Below the pieces are notes generated by a model. It did no database searches. It saw only the letters and a program-made list of their open reading frames with translations, and was not told the DNA's origin. Both the position numbers and the translations under genes were made by a program. Positions 35,704 through 47,814 of a stretch of 64,000 bases of DNA are shown piece by piece (the first letter of the stretch is position 1; each line of letters opens with the position of its first letter). Source of the DNA: Stegostoma tigrinum (Eukaryota); contig NC_081399.1 in NCBI RefSeq assembly GCF_030684315.1, positions 9,162,113 to 9,226,112 of the forward strand, given 5' to 3'.

Positions 35704-37720
35704 GCCTGAGGTGCTGGGTGAGGAGGCCTGAGGAGGTGCTGGGTGAGGGGACCTGAGGAGGTGCTGGTTGAGGGGGCCTGAGGAGGTGCTGGGTGAGGGG
35801 GCCTGAGGAGGTGCTGGGTGAGGGGGCCTGAGGAAGTGCTGGGTGAGGAGGCCTGAGGAGGTGCTGTGTGAGGGGGCCTGAGGAGGTGCTGGGTGAGGAG
35901 GCCTGAGGAGGTGCTGGGTGAGGGGACCTGAGGAGGTGCTGGGTGAGGGGGCAAGAGGAGGAGCTGGGTGAGGAGGCCTGAGGAGGTGCTGGGTGAGGGG
36001 GCCTGAGGAGGTGCTGTGTGAGGGGGCCTGAGGAGGTGCTGGTTGAGGAGGCCTGAGGAGGTGCTGGGTGAGGGGGCCTGAGGAGGTGCTGGGTGAGGAG
36101 GCCTGAGGAGGTGCTGGGTGAGGAGGCCTGAGGAGGTGCTGGGTGAGGAAGCCCGAGGAGGTGCTGGGTGAGGGGGCAAGAGGAGGTGCTGGGTGAGGAG
36201 GCCTGAGGAGGTGCTGGTTGAGGGGGCCTGAGGAGGTGCTGGGTGAGGAGGCCTGAGGAGGTGCTGGTTGAGGGGGCCTGAGGAGGTGCTGGTTGAGGGG
36301 GCCTGAGGAGGTGCTGGGTGAGGGGGCCTGAGGAGGTGCTGTGTGAGGGGGCCTGAGGAGGTGCTGGTTGAGGGGGCCTGAGGAGGTGCTGGGTGAGGGG
36401 GCCTGAGGAGGTGCTGGTTGAGGGGGCCTGAGGAGGTGCTGGGTGAGGAGGCCTGAGGAGGTGCTGGTTGAGGGGGCCTGAGGAGGTGCTGGGTGAGGGG
36501 GCCTGAGGAGGTGCTGGGTGAGGAGGCCTGAGGAGGTGCTGGTTGAGGGGGCCTGAGGAGGTGCTGGGTGAGGGGGCCTGAGGAGGTGCTGGGTGAGGGG
36601 ACCTGAGGAGGTGCTGGGTGAGGAGGCCTGAGGAGGTGCTGGGTGAGGAGGCCTGAGGAGGTGCTGGGTGAGGGGGCCTGAGGAGGTGCTGGGTGAGGAG
36701 GCCTGAGGAGGTGCTGGGTGAGGGGGCCTGAGGAGGTGCTGGTTGAGGGGGCCTGAGGAGGTGCTGGGTGAGGAGGCCTGAGGAGGTGGTGGGTGAGGAG
36801 GCCTGAGGAGGTGCTGGGTGAGGAGGCCTGAGGAGGTGCTGGGTGAGGGGACCTGAGGAGGTGCTGGGTGAGGGGGCCTGAGGAGGTGCTGGGTGAGGGG
36901 GCCTGAGGAGGTGCTGGGTGAGGGGGCCTGAGGAGGTGCTGGTTGAGGGGGCCTGAGGAGGTGCTGGGTGAGGGGGCCTGAGGAGGTGCTGGGTGAGGAG
37001 GCCTGAGGAGGTGCTGGGTGAGGAGGCCTGAGGAGGTGCTGGGTGAGGGGACCTGAGGAGGTGCTGGGTGAGGGGGCCTGAGGAGGTGCTGGGTGAGGGG
37101 GCCTGAGGAGGTGCTGGTTGAGGGGGCCTGAGGAGGTGCTGGGTGAGGGGACCTGAGGAGGTGCTGGGTGAGGAGGCCTGAGGAGGTGCTGGGTGAGGGG
37201 GCCTGAGGAGGTGCTGGTTGAGGGGGCCTGAGGAGGTGCTGGGTGAGGGGACCTGAGGAGGTGCTGGGTGAGGAAGCCCGAGGAGGTGCTGGGTGAGGGG
37301 ACCTGAGGAGGTGCTGGGTGAGGGGGCCTGAGGAGGTGCTGGGTGAGGGGGCCTGAGGAGGTGCTGGTTGAGGGGGCCTGAGGAGGTGCTGGGTGAGGGG
37401 GCCTGAGGAGGTGCTGGGTGAGGGGGCCTGAGGAGGTGCTGGTTGAGGGGGCCTGAGGAGGTGCTGGGTGAGGGGGCCTGAGGAGGTGCTGGGTGAGGGG
37501 GCCTGAGGAGGTGCTGTGTGAGGGGGCCTGAGGAGGTGCTGGGTGAGGAGGCCTGAGGAGGTGCTGGTTGAGGGGGCCTGAGGAGGTGCTGGGTGAGGGG
37601 GCCTGAGGAGGTGCTGGGTGAGGGGGCCTGAGGAGGTGCTGGGTGAGGGGGCCTGAGGAGGTGCTGGGTGAGGGGGCCTGAGGAGGTGCTGGGTGAGGAA
37701 GCCCGAGGAGGTGCTGGGTG
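35704..37720. repeat. 25-bp G-rich minisatellite GCCTGAGGAGGTGCTGGGTGAGGGG (~80 copies)
   Basis: Constant 25-bp period with point variants. Confidence 0.97.
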
Positions 37721-38246
37721 ACATCGCAAGCTACAAGGTGAAGCAACGCCCCAACGCCCTGTGTTACTGACTGTATTTCTAATGGTGTTTACCCTGCATG
37801 CCTGGACTATAACTCAGCAACTGTTTTCTTGTAGAGTCCAGCTGCGTCCAGATATCACTTAGTAAATACACTCATCCAGTGTCCAACTGTATCTCCACTG
37901 ATACTCATTTGGTGTTTCCTCACGCTATCACATCTAAGAAAACATTTACGTTCACCTGATCAACTTGAAAGATGACAGACACCCTTCAAACAACAATGCG
38001 TCATCTTCACTAACATCAAGCAAAGTGAGAAAAAAAACTTTCCACCTTGTGGTCTGGACTTTTAACTTTTAGAATTTTGTTCGCCCTGCCTCTATATTTT
38101 TATCCACCTATTGCATATGTGTGAAACCATTCAACTTCTGTCTGTCTGAGTTGGGATCTGTGTGCGTGTATTTTGGGTTTTAAAGTTACAGTAATTAAGG
38201 TGCATTCATTAGAAACAGTTTTATTTCTGCTCCTGTTGAAGTTGTG

Positions 38247-39888
38247 CACTTCCTGCAGACTAAAGGGGTGGCCATGGGCACCCGCATGGGCCCCAGCTAT
38301 GCCTGCCTCTTTGTAGGTTACGTGGAACAGTCCCTCTTCCGCACCTACACAGGCCCCAAACCCCACCTCTTCCTCCGGTACATTGATGACTGTATCGGCG
38401 CCGCCTCTTGCTCCCAAGAGGAGCTCGAACAGTTCATCCACTTCACCAACACCTTCCACCCCAACCTTCAGTTCACCTGGGCCATCTCCAGCACATCCCT
38501 CACCTTCCTGGACCTCTCAGTCTCCATCTCAGGCAACCAGCTTGTAACTGATGTCCATTTCAAGCCCACCGACTCCCACAGCTACCTAGAATACACCTCC
38601 TCCCACCCACCCTCCTGCAAAAATTCCACCCCCTATTCCCAATTCCTCCGCCTTCGCCGCATCTGCTCCCACGATAAGACATTCCACTCCCACACATCAC
38701 AGATGTCCATGTTCTTCAAGGACCGCAACTTCCCCCCCACAGTGATCGAGAATGCCCTTGACCGCGTCTCCCGCATTTCCCGCAACACATCCCTCACACC
38801 CCGCCCCCGCCACAACCGCCCAAAGAGGATCCCCCTCGTTCTCACACCACCCCACCAACCTCCGGATACAACGCATCATCCTCCAACACTTCCGCCATCT
38901 ACAATCCGACCCCACCACCCAAAACATTTTTCCATCCCCACCCCTGTCTGCTTTCCGGAGATACCACACTCTCCGTGACTCCCTTGTTCGCTCCACACTG
39001 CCCTCCAACCCCACCACACCCGGCACCTTCCCCTGCAACCGCAGGAAATGCTACACTTGTCCCCACACCTCCTCCCTCACCCCTATCCCAGGCCCCAAGA
39101 TGACATTCCACATTAAGCAGAGGTTCACCTGCACATCTGCCAATGTGGTATACTGCATCCACTGTACCCGGTGTGGCTTCCTCTACATTGGGGAAACCAA
39201 GCGGAGGCTTGGGGACCACTTTGCAGAACACCTCCGCTTGGTTCGCAACAGACAACTGCACCTCCCAGTCGCAAACCATTTCCGCTCCCCCTCCCATTCT
39301 TTACATGACATGTCCATCATGGGTCTCCTGCAGTGCCACAATGATGCCACCCGAAGGTTGCAGGAACAGCAACTCATATTCCTCTTGGGAACCCTGCAGC
39401 CTAATGGTATCAATGTGGACTTCATCAGCTTCAAACTCTCCCCTTCCCGCACCGCATCCCAAAACCCGCCCAATTCGTCCCCTCCCCACACTGCACCACA
39501 CAACCAGCCCAGCTCTTCCCCTCCACCCACTGCATCCCAAAACCAGTCCAACCTGTCTCTGCCTCCCTAACGTGTTCTTCCTCTCACCCATCCCTTCCTC
39601 CCACCCCAAGCCGCACCCCCATCTCCTCCCTACTAACCTCATCCCACCTCCTTGACCTGTCCATCTTCCCTGGACTGACCTATCCCCTCCCTACCTCCCC
39701 ACCTATACTCTCTCCACCTATCTTCTTTTCTCTCCATCTTCGGTCCCCCTCCCCCTCTCTCCCTATTTATTCCAGAACCCTCACCCCATCCCTCTCTCTG
39801 ATGAAGGGTCTAGGCCTGAAACGTCAGCTTTTGTGCTCCTGAGATGCTGCTTGGCCTGCTGTGTTCATCCAGCCTCACATTTTTATTA
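38247..39888 (+). mobile_element. Penelope-like element, second copy (5'-truncated), hammerhead motif at 39798-39825
   Basis: GVAMGTRMGPSYA, RYIDD and GIY-YIG present; frameshift at ~38848; same family as 14615-16789. Confidence 0.93.
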
Positions 39889-41420
39889 ACTATGAGAAGG
39901 AGTTGGTCAAAGCAGGAGGGTGCTGTACTTAAATGTGTGAATATAAAAAACAAGGTAAATGAATTTGTAGAGTGTGAGGCAGTATTGTAAGATTGCCACT
40001 GCAGAGGTGGATGCCAGGAATCACTATCAGATGCCAAATGTTCAATCAATTTCTGTCATGCCACTGCAGTTACGAATATAACACAATGGCACTGTCGTCA
40101 TCATACATCTTGCAGGACTCACACTCAAAATATAAAAGGAGCTACAACTCTCAGCAGCTCACTGACATTTCATCGCAACAAGGAGAATGTGCACAGAGAC
40201 AGGGACTCAAGTGCAAATGGTGACTTCTTGAATGTAACTCATTTTTGAGTGCAGCCCTGCTCAAATGCTCTGGTCAGATTTCCTGGCCTCAACCAATGTG
40301 ACTGTTAACATCAAAAGGTTTTCAGCAGAAAGAAGCCACGATGCACATGATTGATGCTTCTCTTAAGCTGAACAGCATTGAGAGGCTTCATCTTAACACT
40401 CTAAGTGTTAATGCTAAATGATGGCTTAGTTATGAAAGAACTAGGTAACGAATGATGTTTGAATTAACTTAAGCTTGGAGAAGTCCAACCCACCAGATGT
40501 TACATATATTATGTTTGTGAATGGATCTGCTTCCCATTTTTGCCTCAATAGATTGAGTTTATGAACATAATCCCAGCTGCAATTGTATACAGCTTTGGTG
40601 AGACCAGACCTGGAGTACTGTGATTATTTTGCCTCATTAAAGAGGAAAGGATGTAACAATATTCTCTCAAGGGCGTAGATTGTCTCATGACATAATTCAA
40701 TTAGAAGAGGTGTACAGTCTCAGGAGTTTCGAAAAATATGAGGTGAACTCATTGTACAGAATGCACAGAACAGAGCAGATGTGCTGAATGTTCTCTCACT
40801 GCTGTAATAACTTTGTGACTCTCCATTTTAATGAAGAAGTTGGGTGTGGAGATATCCTGTCTGACACACAGGAGACAGCAAATGGGCTGAATGATCTGTT
40901 TCTGTGCTGGGAACTCTACGTCAGCCCCCCACAGACTGGGACAGAGAGGGAACAATTTTTCTCACCCATAGGACTGCTACTGCTGAGTGTAATTAGGATC
41001 TTTCCACAATGAGACTTAAAACAGACATATTGTCGTCCATCTGTGACCTACAGAAACAGACCATTCGGGCCAACAAGTTCTTGCTTGTAGTCATGTTGTA
41101 TTCTGGGGAGAGATTGATTGTTGAGGTTCGATGGTTTCATACATGTAAATATCATATGGTTTTGGATGTCTCTGGAGTTTAGAGGAATTTGAGGTGATGT
41201 CACAGAAACATGAAATTCTTATAGGGTTTGATGGAGTTGGTGGGGATGTTGAGTGTCTGTTTTATTCCCAACAAGAGAGCCTGGAACTGGGTAACAGGGA
41301 GGATGAAAAGGCAGTGGTTGCAGTATTAGGTAAGGGGTCATCGCTGATCACTATGATGAGGAAAAATATCTTCATCCATCAACAAGAAAACATTCATCAG
41401 CTAGTGAAGGTTACACTCAT

Positions 41421-41727
41421 GTGATAGAGTCTCACTGACTCTGATGCTTCCTTTCCTGAGTCCAGTTCTACAATTGCCTTGTAATCCCCACATCTCCTTC
41501 CATCTGTCAATGATTTTGAGACTGACGTTTCTGGGATGAAGATTTGTCTGTTTCTTCTCCTCCTCAGTGCCATATTTCACTTGCCCACATGTGTATGGAG
41601 CTATTTTGATGCTGTATGAATATTGTTTCCAGACAGTCTCATCATCCATCAATCTGTTTGGAACGACAAGTGGTAGGGAGACTGGTTGACCCAGGGATGT
41701 ATGCACAGAGGGACAGATGACTGTGAA
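41421..41727 (-). pseudogene. SLAM-family IgV pseudo-exon (B-like)
   Basis: Intron flank TTCCACACTGACT..TGTTCCCTCAG matches the gene B acceptor. SLGQPVSLP..VW..HPRNVSLKI then, after a frameshift, YKAIVELDSGKEASESVRL. Out of phase at the 5' end; the donor reads ATGAGT. Confidence 0.85.
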
Positions 41728-42299
41728 CTGAGGGAACACAAGGATACAGTTAGTCAGTGTGGAACAAGGCAAGCTCAGTCATGGAAGGCAATATTACATA
41801 AATAGAAAACTCCCTGTTGAATACCTCAAGAAAGGTTCACAAAGAATTACTTCTGAACTGAAGCCCCTGATAACAATGAGAGAAATTGTGGCAAGTAACT
41901 AATGCAGTGGTTAAGTAAAGAGGAGAATCATTCTGCATTGTCCCATCAAATAGTCCCAGGACAGGGACAGCACAGAATTCAATACTACATTGTCCGTATC
42001 AAACATTCCCTGGAAAAGTACAGCACAGGGTTAAATACAGAGTAAATCTCCATGTGTACTGTAACAAAAACAGAAATTGTTGGAGAAATTCAGCAGGTCT
42101 GGCAGCATCAGTGAATAGAAAGCAGAGTTAATGTGTCAGGTTCAGTGACCCTTCAAAACAGAATATTCTACTCGTACTCATATTCTAGTACTTCCATCCT
42201 TATTAATATTTTAGTGATTCGTCACTGTTTTATGTATTCTTTCCAATCTTCTGACTTGCTGCCCATCTTTATAGAATTATATGTCTTCTCTTTGAGTTT

Positions 42300-44280
42300 G
42301 ATACTGTCTTTGTCTTTTGTAGTTAACTGCAAATGGAGGTCCATCCCTTGGAATTTTTCTTATTCATTGGAATGTATTTAGTCTGTGCATTTTGGAATAT
42401 CTCCTTAAATGTTTTCCACTGCTCTCTATTGACCTATCCCTTAACCTAAATTGCCAGTTCACTTGTGCTAGCTTCGTTTTCATGCCTTCATAACTGGCCT
42501 AGTTTAAATTCAACATAGTATTCTTGGATCCACACCTCTCCCTTAAACTGTAAGTAATGTTCAGTCATATTATGGTCACTATTGCTCAGTGGCAATTTCA
42601 CTACAAGGTCTGTAATTAATCCTATCTCACCGGTCAAAACTAGGTCCGCTATAGTCTGCTGTCAGGGTGCTGCCATATCATGATGCTCTAAGAAATTGTC
42701 CTGAAAACATTCAATGAATTCCTTATCTAAACTACTTTTTGCCCATCTTATGTTTCCAGTCTATATATTGGTCAAAATGCCCCATGATAATTGCTTACCC
42801 TTTTGACAAGCTCACCTTATTTCTTTCTTGATGCCTGTCCTACTACCAGAAGGGCTGTATACAACTGCCAAGTGACCGCTTACCATTGGTCATTTCTACC
42901 CGAACTGCTTCTGTATGCTGGTTTTCTGAATTTGGGTCATCCCCATCTATTGCACTAATAAAATCTTTAACTAACAGAGCCGTGACTTCGCCTTCTCCTA
43001 GCTTCCCGTTCTTTCTAAATGCTCTACCCTTCAATATTTAGGTCTCAGTCAAGGTCATTCTGCAGCCATTATCTCAGTAATAGCTACTAGCTCACACTTC
43101 TTTATCTCAATTTGTACTCTTAGTTCATCCATTTTATTTCAAATGCTACCTGTATTCAAATACAGTGCCTTAAGCTGTGTCCTTTTATTATTTCTGTCAT
43201 CTCTAGCATATCTGCTGATTTGCTGTTACATCTATATTTTCTGTTCCTTCCTGTTACTGAATGTTTAACATTTCCCGCAGTAACTTTTTTTCCTGTGTTG
43301 CATTTTCCCCACTCCTCGACTCACCACAACATCCCAAATTTGGGCCTTCACACTCCCTAGTTATTTTAAAACCCATTCTACTGTTTAAGTTATGCAATTC
43401 AGGTATAGACAGTTTCACCATCACAGATCCTACTTTCTCCACTGTTGGTGTTAGAGTCCCACAACCTGGAGTCTGTTTCCCCCACACCAGTCTTTCAGCC
43501 ACACATTCATCTCTCTAACCTTGTATACCCTGTACCAATTTGTATGTGAGTCCAGTAATAATCCAGAGGTCATTACTTTTGAAGTTCTGCTTCTTAATTT
43601 AGTGCTTAGATCCTCATACTGACTATGCAGAATGTCTTTCTGAGTTCTATCTATGTTATTGGTGCCTGCGACAGTTGGAACCCTCCCCTACCACTGCAAG
43701 TTCTTCTCCTGAATCATGGCACTGGGCAAACAACCCAACTAACTAGACTCATGCTCTTTGCCACAGCAAACAGTCTTTCCCTAGCTATGCGGTCCTGTTG
43801 ACCTCTCCATTCCTTTTTGCTCCTGTCTGCTGGATGGCTTCCATAGTAACAAGGTCATTTCGCTCATCCGTCCCACATCACTGACCGCACCCCGCGCCCC
43901 CCTCCCCCGCACCCCCTCGCCCGCATCTAAATGACTTCATAGAACTTCATTATCCTTTGGAGAATTGAGAGGCTCACACTCCTGCACTTCTGTCCTCTGA
44001 GTCTACTCACCTGCCTTACTTGTAATCTGCTGTGCCTGACCACTGACCATATTAGAATATCCTACCCTAAGAGATGTGACTGACTCTTAGTACAAAGAAT
44101 CCAGGAAATCTTCCCACTCCCTGATGCATAACAGTTTCTGTAGCTCAGTCTGCAGATCATAACTCTGAACTGAACTGCTCAAACGTCTACCATGCACAGC
44201 AGATATGTTTGCCCTGGATAATGATATTCTTGAGCTCCCGCATGTTGCAGCTTTGACACACCAGCTGTACTGACATTTTT
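42300..44280 (-). mobile_element. Highly decayed CR1 5' region (endonuclease/ORF1)
   Basis: Remnants such as SDHNMxE and GVxLLVKD..EAVxVE. Confidence 0.55.
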
Positions 44281-45654
44281 CAGAATTTTTAATCAATTAT
44301 TTACTTCGTTATTCAATTATTGATCTTGCATTTATGTCTTATGTTAACTCAACCACTAATGCATATGTCATTTAAAACTAGCGAACAGAATAGGTTTCAA
44401 CCAGTTAAACAGGCGCTCATTGTTGATAAATGTTTGTGTCAATTCTGATGTTTGACCTTCCTGCCTTCAAATGCTGCTTTTCCAGTTTAATATAGAGTAA
44501 AGCTCCCTTGACACTGTCCTCATCGAACACTCCCAAGACAGGGACAGCTTGGGGTTAGATACAGAGTAAAGCTCCCTCTACTATTTGAAACTGAGCTGTC
44601 CCCATCAAACATTCCAAGGGCAGGAACAGCACAGTGTTAGATACAGTGTTTTTTTACTATTGTTGTTTCTGGCCTAGCCAAAGCTTAAAGAATCTAAGGG
44701 CTTCAAAATGTCTTGGAGATGGTTTTTCTTTACTACGTAAAGGTAAAGACACCTTAGCCCTGCTATCTTAATGGAGAGAGAAGACTGGTGGTGGTCTAAC
44801 CAGAGGGTCACCCCACGTCAGGCAAGGGGAGAGGTTGAGAAGGAGACTCCTTCACGATAATCTCAGGCTCCACAGGAATTAACCTCAATTGTTGATGTCG
44901 TTTCTCCCTGATGCTAGCTCACAATGAAAAAACAAAAGTCTGAATAGCTGATTCTACACTGACAACCTGAAAAATGTCGTGGTTAAATCTGACCAAAATG
45001 GAGGTTGCTACGTGAACTTTTAGCAGTAAATGATGGCAGGAAGTAGTTGACATAAAGAAAAAAATGCAGAATGCAAGTGATCTTAAGGAGGAGCGAGGGA
45101 GAAATAGCGAAAGCAATAGATAGAGAGATGAACACAAAGTGGTTATAGGGACAGAGAGAGGATAGCAAAATGGGTCATTGCTCATTATTTCAGGGTGTAG
45201 GCTAGTAAAGCTACAAGTGAGTATGTGAAAACCTGATTGGCATCTCAACCAATTCCGTGCCTTTGGAAATGGAATGGGTTGTTGAAAGTTTTTTTTGTTA
45301 TCAATAAAGGGAGCATGGAAAGTCACATAGAGTAAATGGAAAACTCTTCTTATATGTGAGTTTGACTTCATAAATACAGGCAGAGCTATAAGCAGTGGTA
45401 GGAAACTGAATAAAGGAACAGAATGCGTCATGTGTGGTTGGAGCAAAGTGTGTAAAGTAAAATTAAGAGAGATATGTCTACAATAGGCGTCACTCACAGA
45501 GAAGAGTATGAGGGAGGAGGAGTGGGTCTCTCAAACAGTACAGAGCGAATGAGGGGGTCACTCAAAACAGTAAGCGAAATGAGGTGTCACTCCATTAAAG
45601 GGGTACCGAGAAACCGAGATAGTCTGGCACAGAAGGAATCACATAATTGGCCGG

Positions 45655-45929
45655 ATACGGGGAATGCTCCGAGAGGCTCTACACAGCCTGGGGTACGGGG
45701 ATGGTATACTTGTCTAAGTAGGATACATTTTCTTTCAGATGCATACGTCTTTCCGTCTAACCTCTGATGAAGGGTCTAGGCCCGAAACGTCAGCTTTTGT
45801 GCTCCTGAGATGCTGCTTGGCCTACTGTGTTCATCCAGCTCCACACTTTGTTATCTTGGATTCTCCAGCATCTGCAGTTCCTATTATCTCTCCTCATTTT
45901 GCAGTCTGGTTACTTCCTCCTCTCTCTCG
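45655..45929 (+). promoter_or_regulatory. Probable gene B proximal promoter/5'UTR, interrupted by a short element
   Basis: Blocks CCGAGAGGCT, TTTCTTTCAGA and CGTCTTTCCG are shared with the gene A upstream region. ACTTCCTC (ETS/PU.1-type) at ~45912. Confidence 0.55.
45762..45890 (+). mobile_element. Short Penelope-tail element with intact hammerhead core (45764-45791)
   Basis: CTGATGAAGGGTCTAGGCCCGAAACGTC is identical to the PLE tail at 16701; absent from the paralogous gene A promoter. Confidence 0.88.
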
Positions 45930-45996
45930 ATGGCGATGTGTCATTTGAATCTGAGACGGGCTTGTGAGCTACTTATTATCTCTGCCTTCTGTGTTG
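45930..45996 (+). CDS. Gene B leader (signal peptide) exon
   Basis: MAMCHLNLRRACELLIISAFCV+G|GTGGGT, phase 1. Confidence 0.85.
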
Positions 45997-46352
45997 GTGG
46001 GTAACAATTTTTATATCCATTTTAATTTAAAGATCAGCTCGCACATGTCCTGAACCTTTCCACTGCACATACATGTAAAGACTATTCCGCCCACTGTGCT
46101 TATCGAACTGGAGGATTTAACCTGGCAAATTGTCTAAAATCCATTCCGTCTCAGCTTCTCCTTTATTCCCTGTCTCTCTGGCTCCACCCATGGAACACTA
46201 TAAGTTCCATCTTCAGCTCCATCACATTCAAATTCCTCATCCTTGATCACATCCTCCCTACGTAGGCTCAGCAAATAGGCTCTGTGTCATCTCAGGCCTG
46301 TGGTTTCTTGCTCTGCTTTGACCTGTTCATGCTGGACTAACTCTTCCATCAC

Positions 46353-46658
46353 TGGGGCAGCACAGTGGCTCAGTCGTTAGCACTGCAGCCTCAAAGTGCC
46401 AGGGACCCAGGTTTGATTCCAGCCTCGGGTAACTGTCTGTGTGGAGTTTGCACATTTCCCTGTGTCTGCGTGGGTTTCCTCCGGGTTTCTCCCACAGTCC
46501 AAAGACGTGCAGGTTAGGTGGATCAGCCATGCTAAATTGTCCATAGTGTTCAGGAGTGTGTGGGTTATAAGGGGATGGGTCTGGGTGGGATGCTGCAAGG
46601 GGCAGTGTGTGGACTTGTTGGGCCAAAGGGCCTGTTTCCACACTGTAGGGAATCTAAA
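46353..46658 (+). mobile_element. tRNA-derived SINE (HE1/V-SINE-like)
   Basis: A box GTGGCTCAGTCG, B box GGTTTGATTCC, central GTGGAGTTTGCAC..TGGGTTTCCTCCGGG, CR1-like tail. Confidence 0.85.
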
Positions 46659-46659
46659 T

Positions 46660-47645
46660 AGACCACATTAGTGAATGTGCAGGTGAACAGCTGTCTGATG
46701 TGGAAAGCTTTTTTTGGGGCCTGGGATGGAGGTGAGGTGGAAGGTGTAGGGGCAGGTGTAGCACTTCCTGTGGTTGCAGGGAAATGTGCCGGGGATGATG
46801 GAGCTAGTGGGGAGTGTGGAGTGGACAAGGGAGTCATAGAGAGTGGTCTCTCCGGAAGGCAGATAACGGTGGGGAGAGAAATATATCCTTCATAGTGGAG
46901 TCAGATTGCAGGTGGCAGAAGTGACAGATAATGATGTATTGAATCCGGAGGTTAATGGGGTGATATGTGAGGACACGGAGGATTCTGTCTTTACAGAGAG
47001 AGAGAGTTCTGTCTTTGTTTTCATTGCGAGGAGGGGGATGCGCTGTTCCCAATGTGGCCTCCTCTACATCTGTGAGACCAAACAGAGGCTTGGAGACTGC
47101 TTTGCAGAGACCTGTGTTGGGTTCACAATAAATGACAACACCTCTAGTTGCCAACCACTTCAACTCACCCTCCCACTCCCTGGACAACATGTCCATCCTG
47201 GGCCTCCTCCAGTATCACAACGATGCCACCCGGAAACTGAAAGAGCAGCACCTCATATCCTGCCTCGAGAGCCTACAATCCAATGGTCTCAATGTGGACT
47301 TTACTACCTTCAAAATCTCCCCAGTCCTGGCCTCATCCCATGACCAACCCTCCCCCTTATCCCTGCCTCCTTGATGTATCCATCGTCTCTCCCACCTATC
47401 CACTCTTCCAACCTCACTGACCAATCCCCACCACTGCCTATCTGCACTCACCTATCACCATCCACCTACCTTCCCCAGCCCAACCACCCCTCTGAGCCCC
47501 CTTCCCCTCCCCCATTTCTGAAGAAGGGTCCGGACCCGAAATGTCAGCTTTCCTGCTCCTCTGATGCTGCCTGGCCCGCTGTGCTCCTCCATCTCCAGAC
47601 TGTGTTATCTCAGAATCCAGCATTGGCAGCTCTTACCATCTCTCA
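46660..47645. mobile_element. Older Penelope fragment with 5' inversion (linker on -, GIY-YIG + tail on +); hammerhead-like motif at 47518-47545
   Basis: 46660-47020 matches the PLE linker in antisense; 47037-47645 matches the endonuclease and tail in sense. Confidence 0.8.
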
Positions 47646-47814
47646 GTCGGCAGGGCGCCTGGTCTCTGATGCAGAGGAGCACTCACAATGTGCATTCAAT
47701 TTCTGAACTGGCTCAGGTTTCCATTAAACTTCCTCATTGTTAACCTTGTCCCCCAGGTTAAAATACCACCAGTTATCATCCTCTCTCTCTCTCTCTCTCT
47801 CTCTATGAGGAGAG

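Noticed and set aside
35636-37746. Three ~690-aa Pro/Ser-rich ORFs (mucin-like)
   Set aside because: The 25-bp unit is stop-free and cycles through all three frames; a repeat artefact.
37860-37945. Minus-strand GDTVGHW resembling the start of gene A IgV
   Set aside because: Similarity is limited to a few codons, with stops and no downstream V motifs.
46353-46430. tRNA-like A/B boxes (also at 51773 and 55854)
   Set aside because: They are SINE heads followed by SINE bodies, not tRNA genes.
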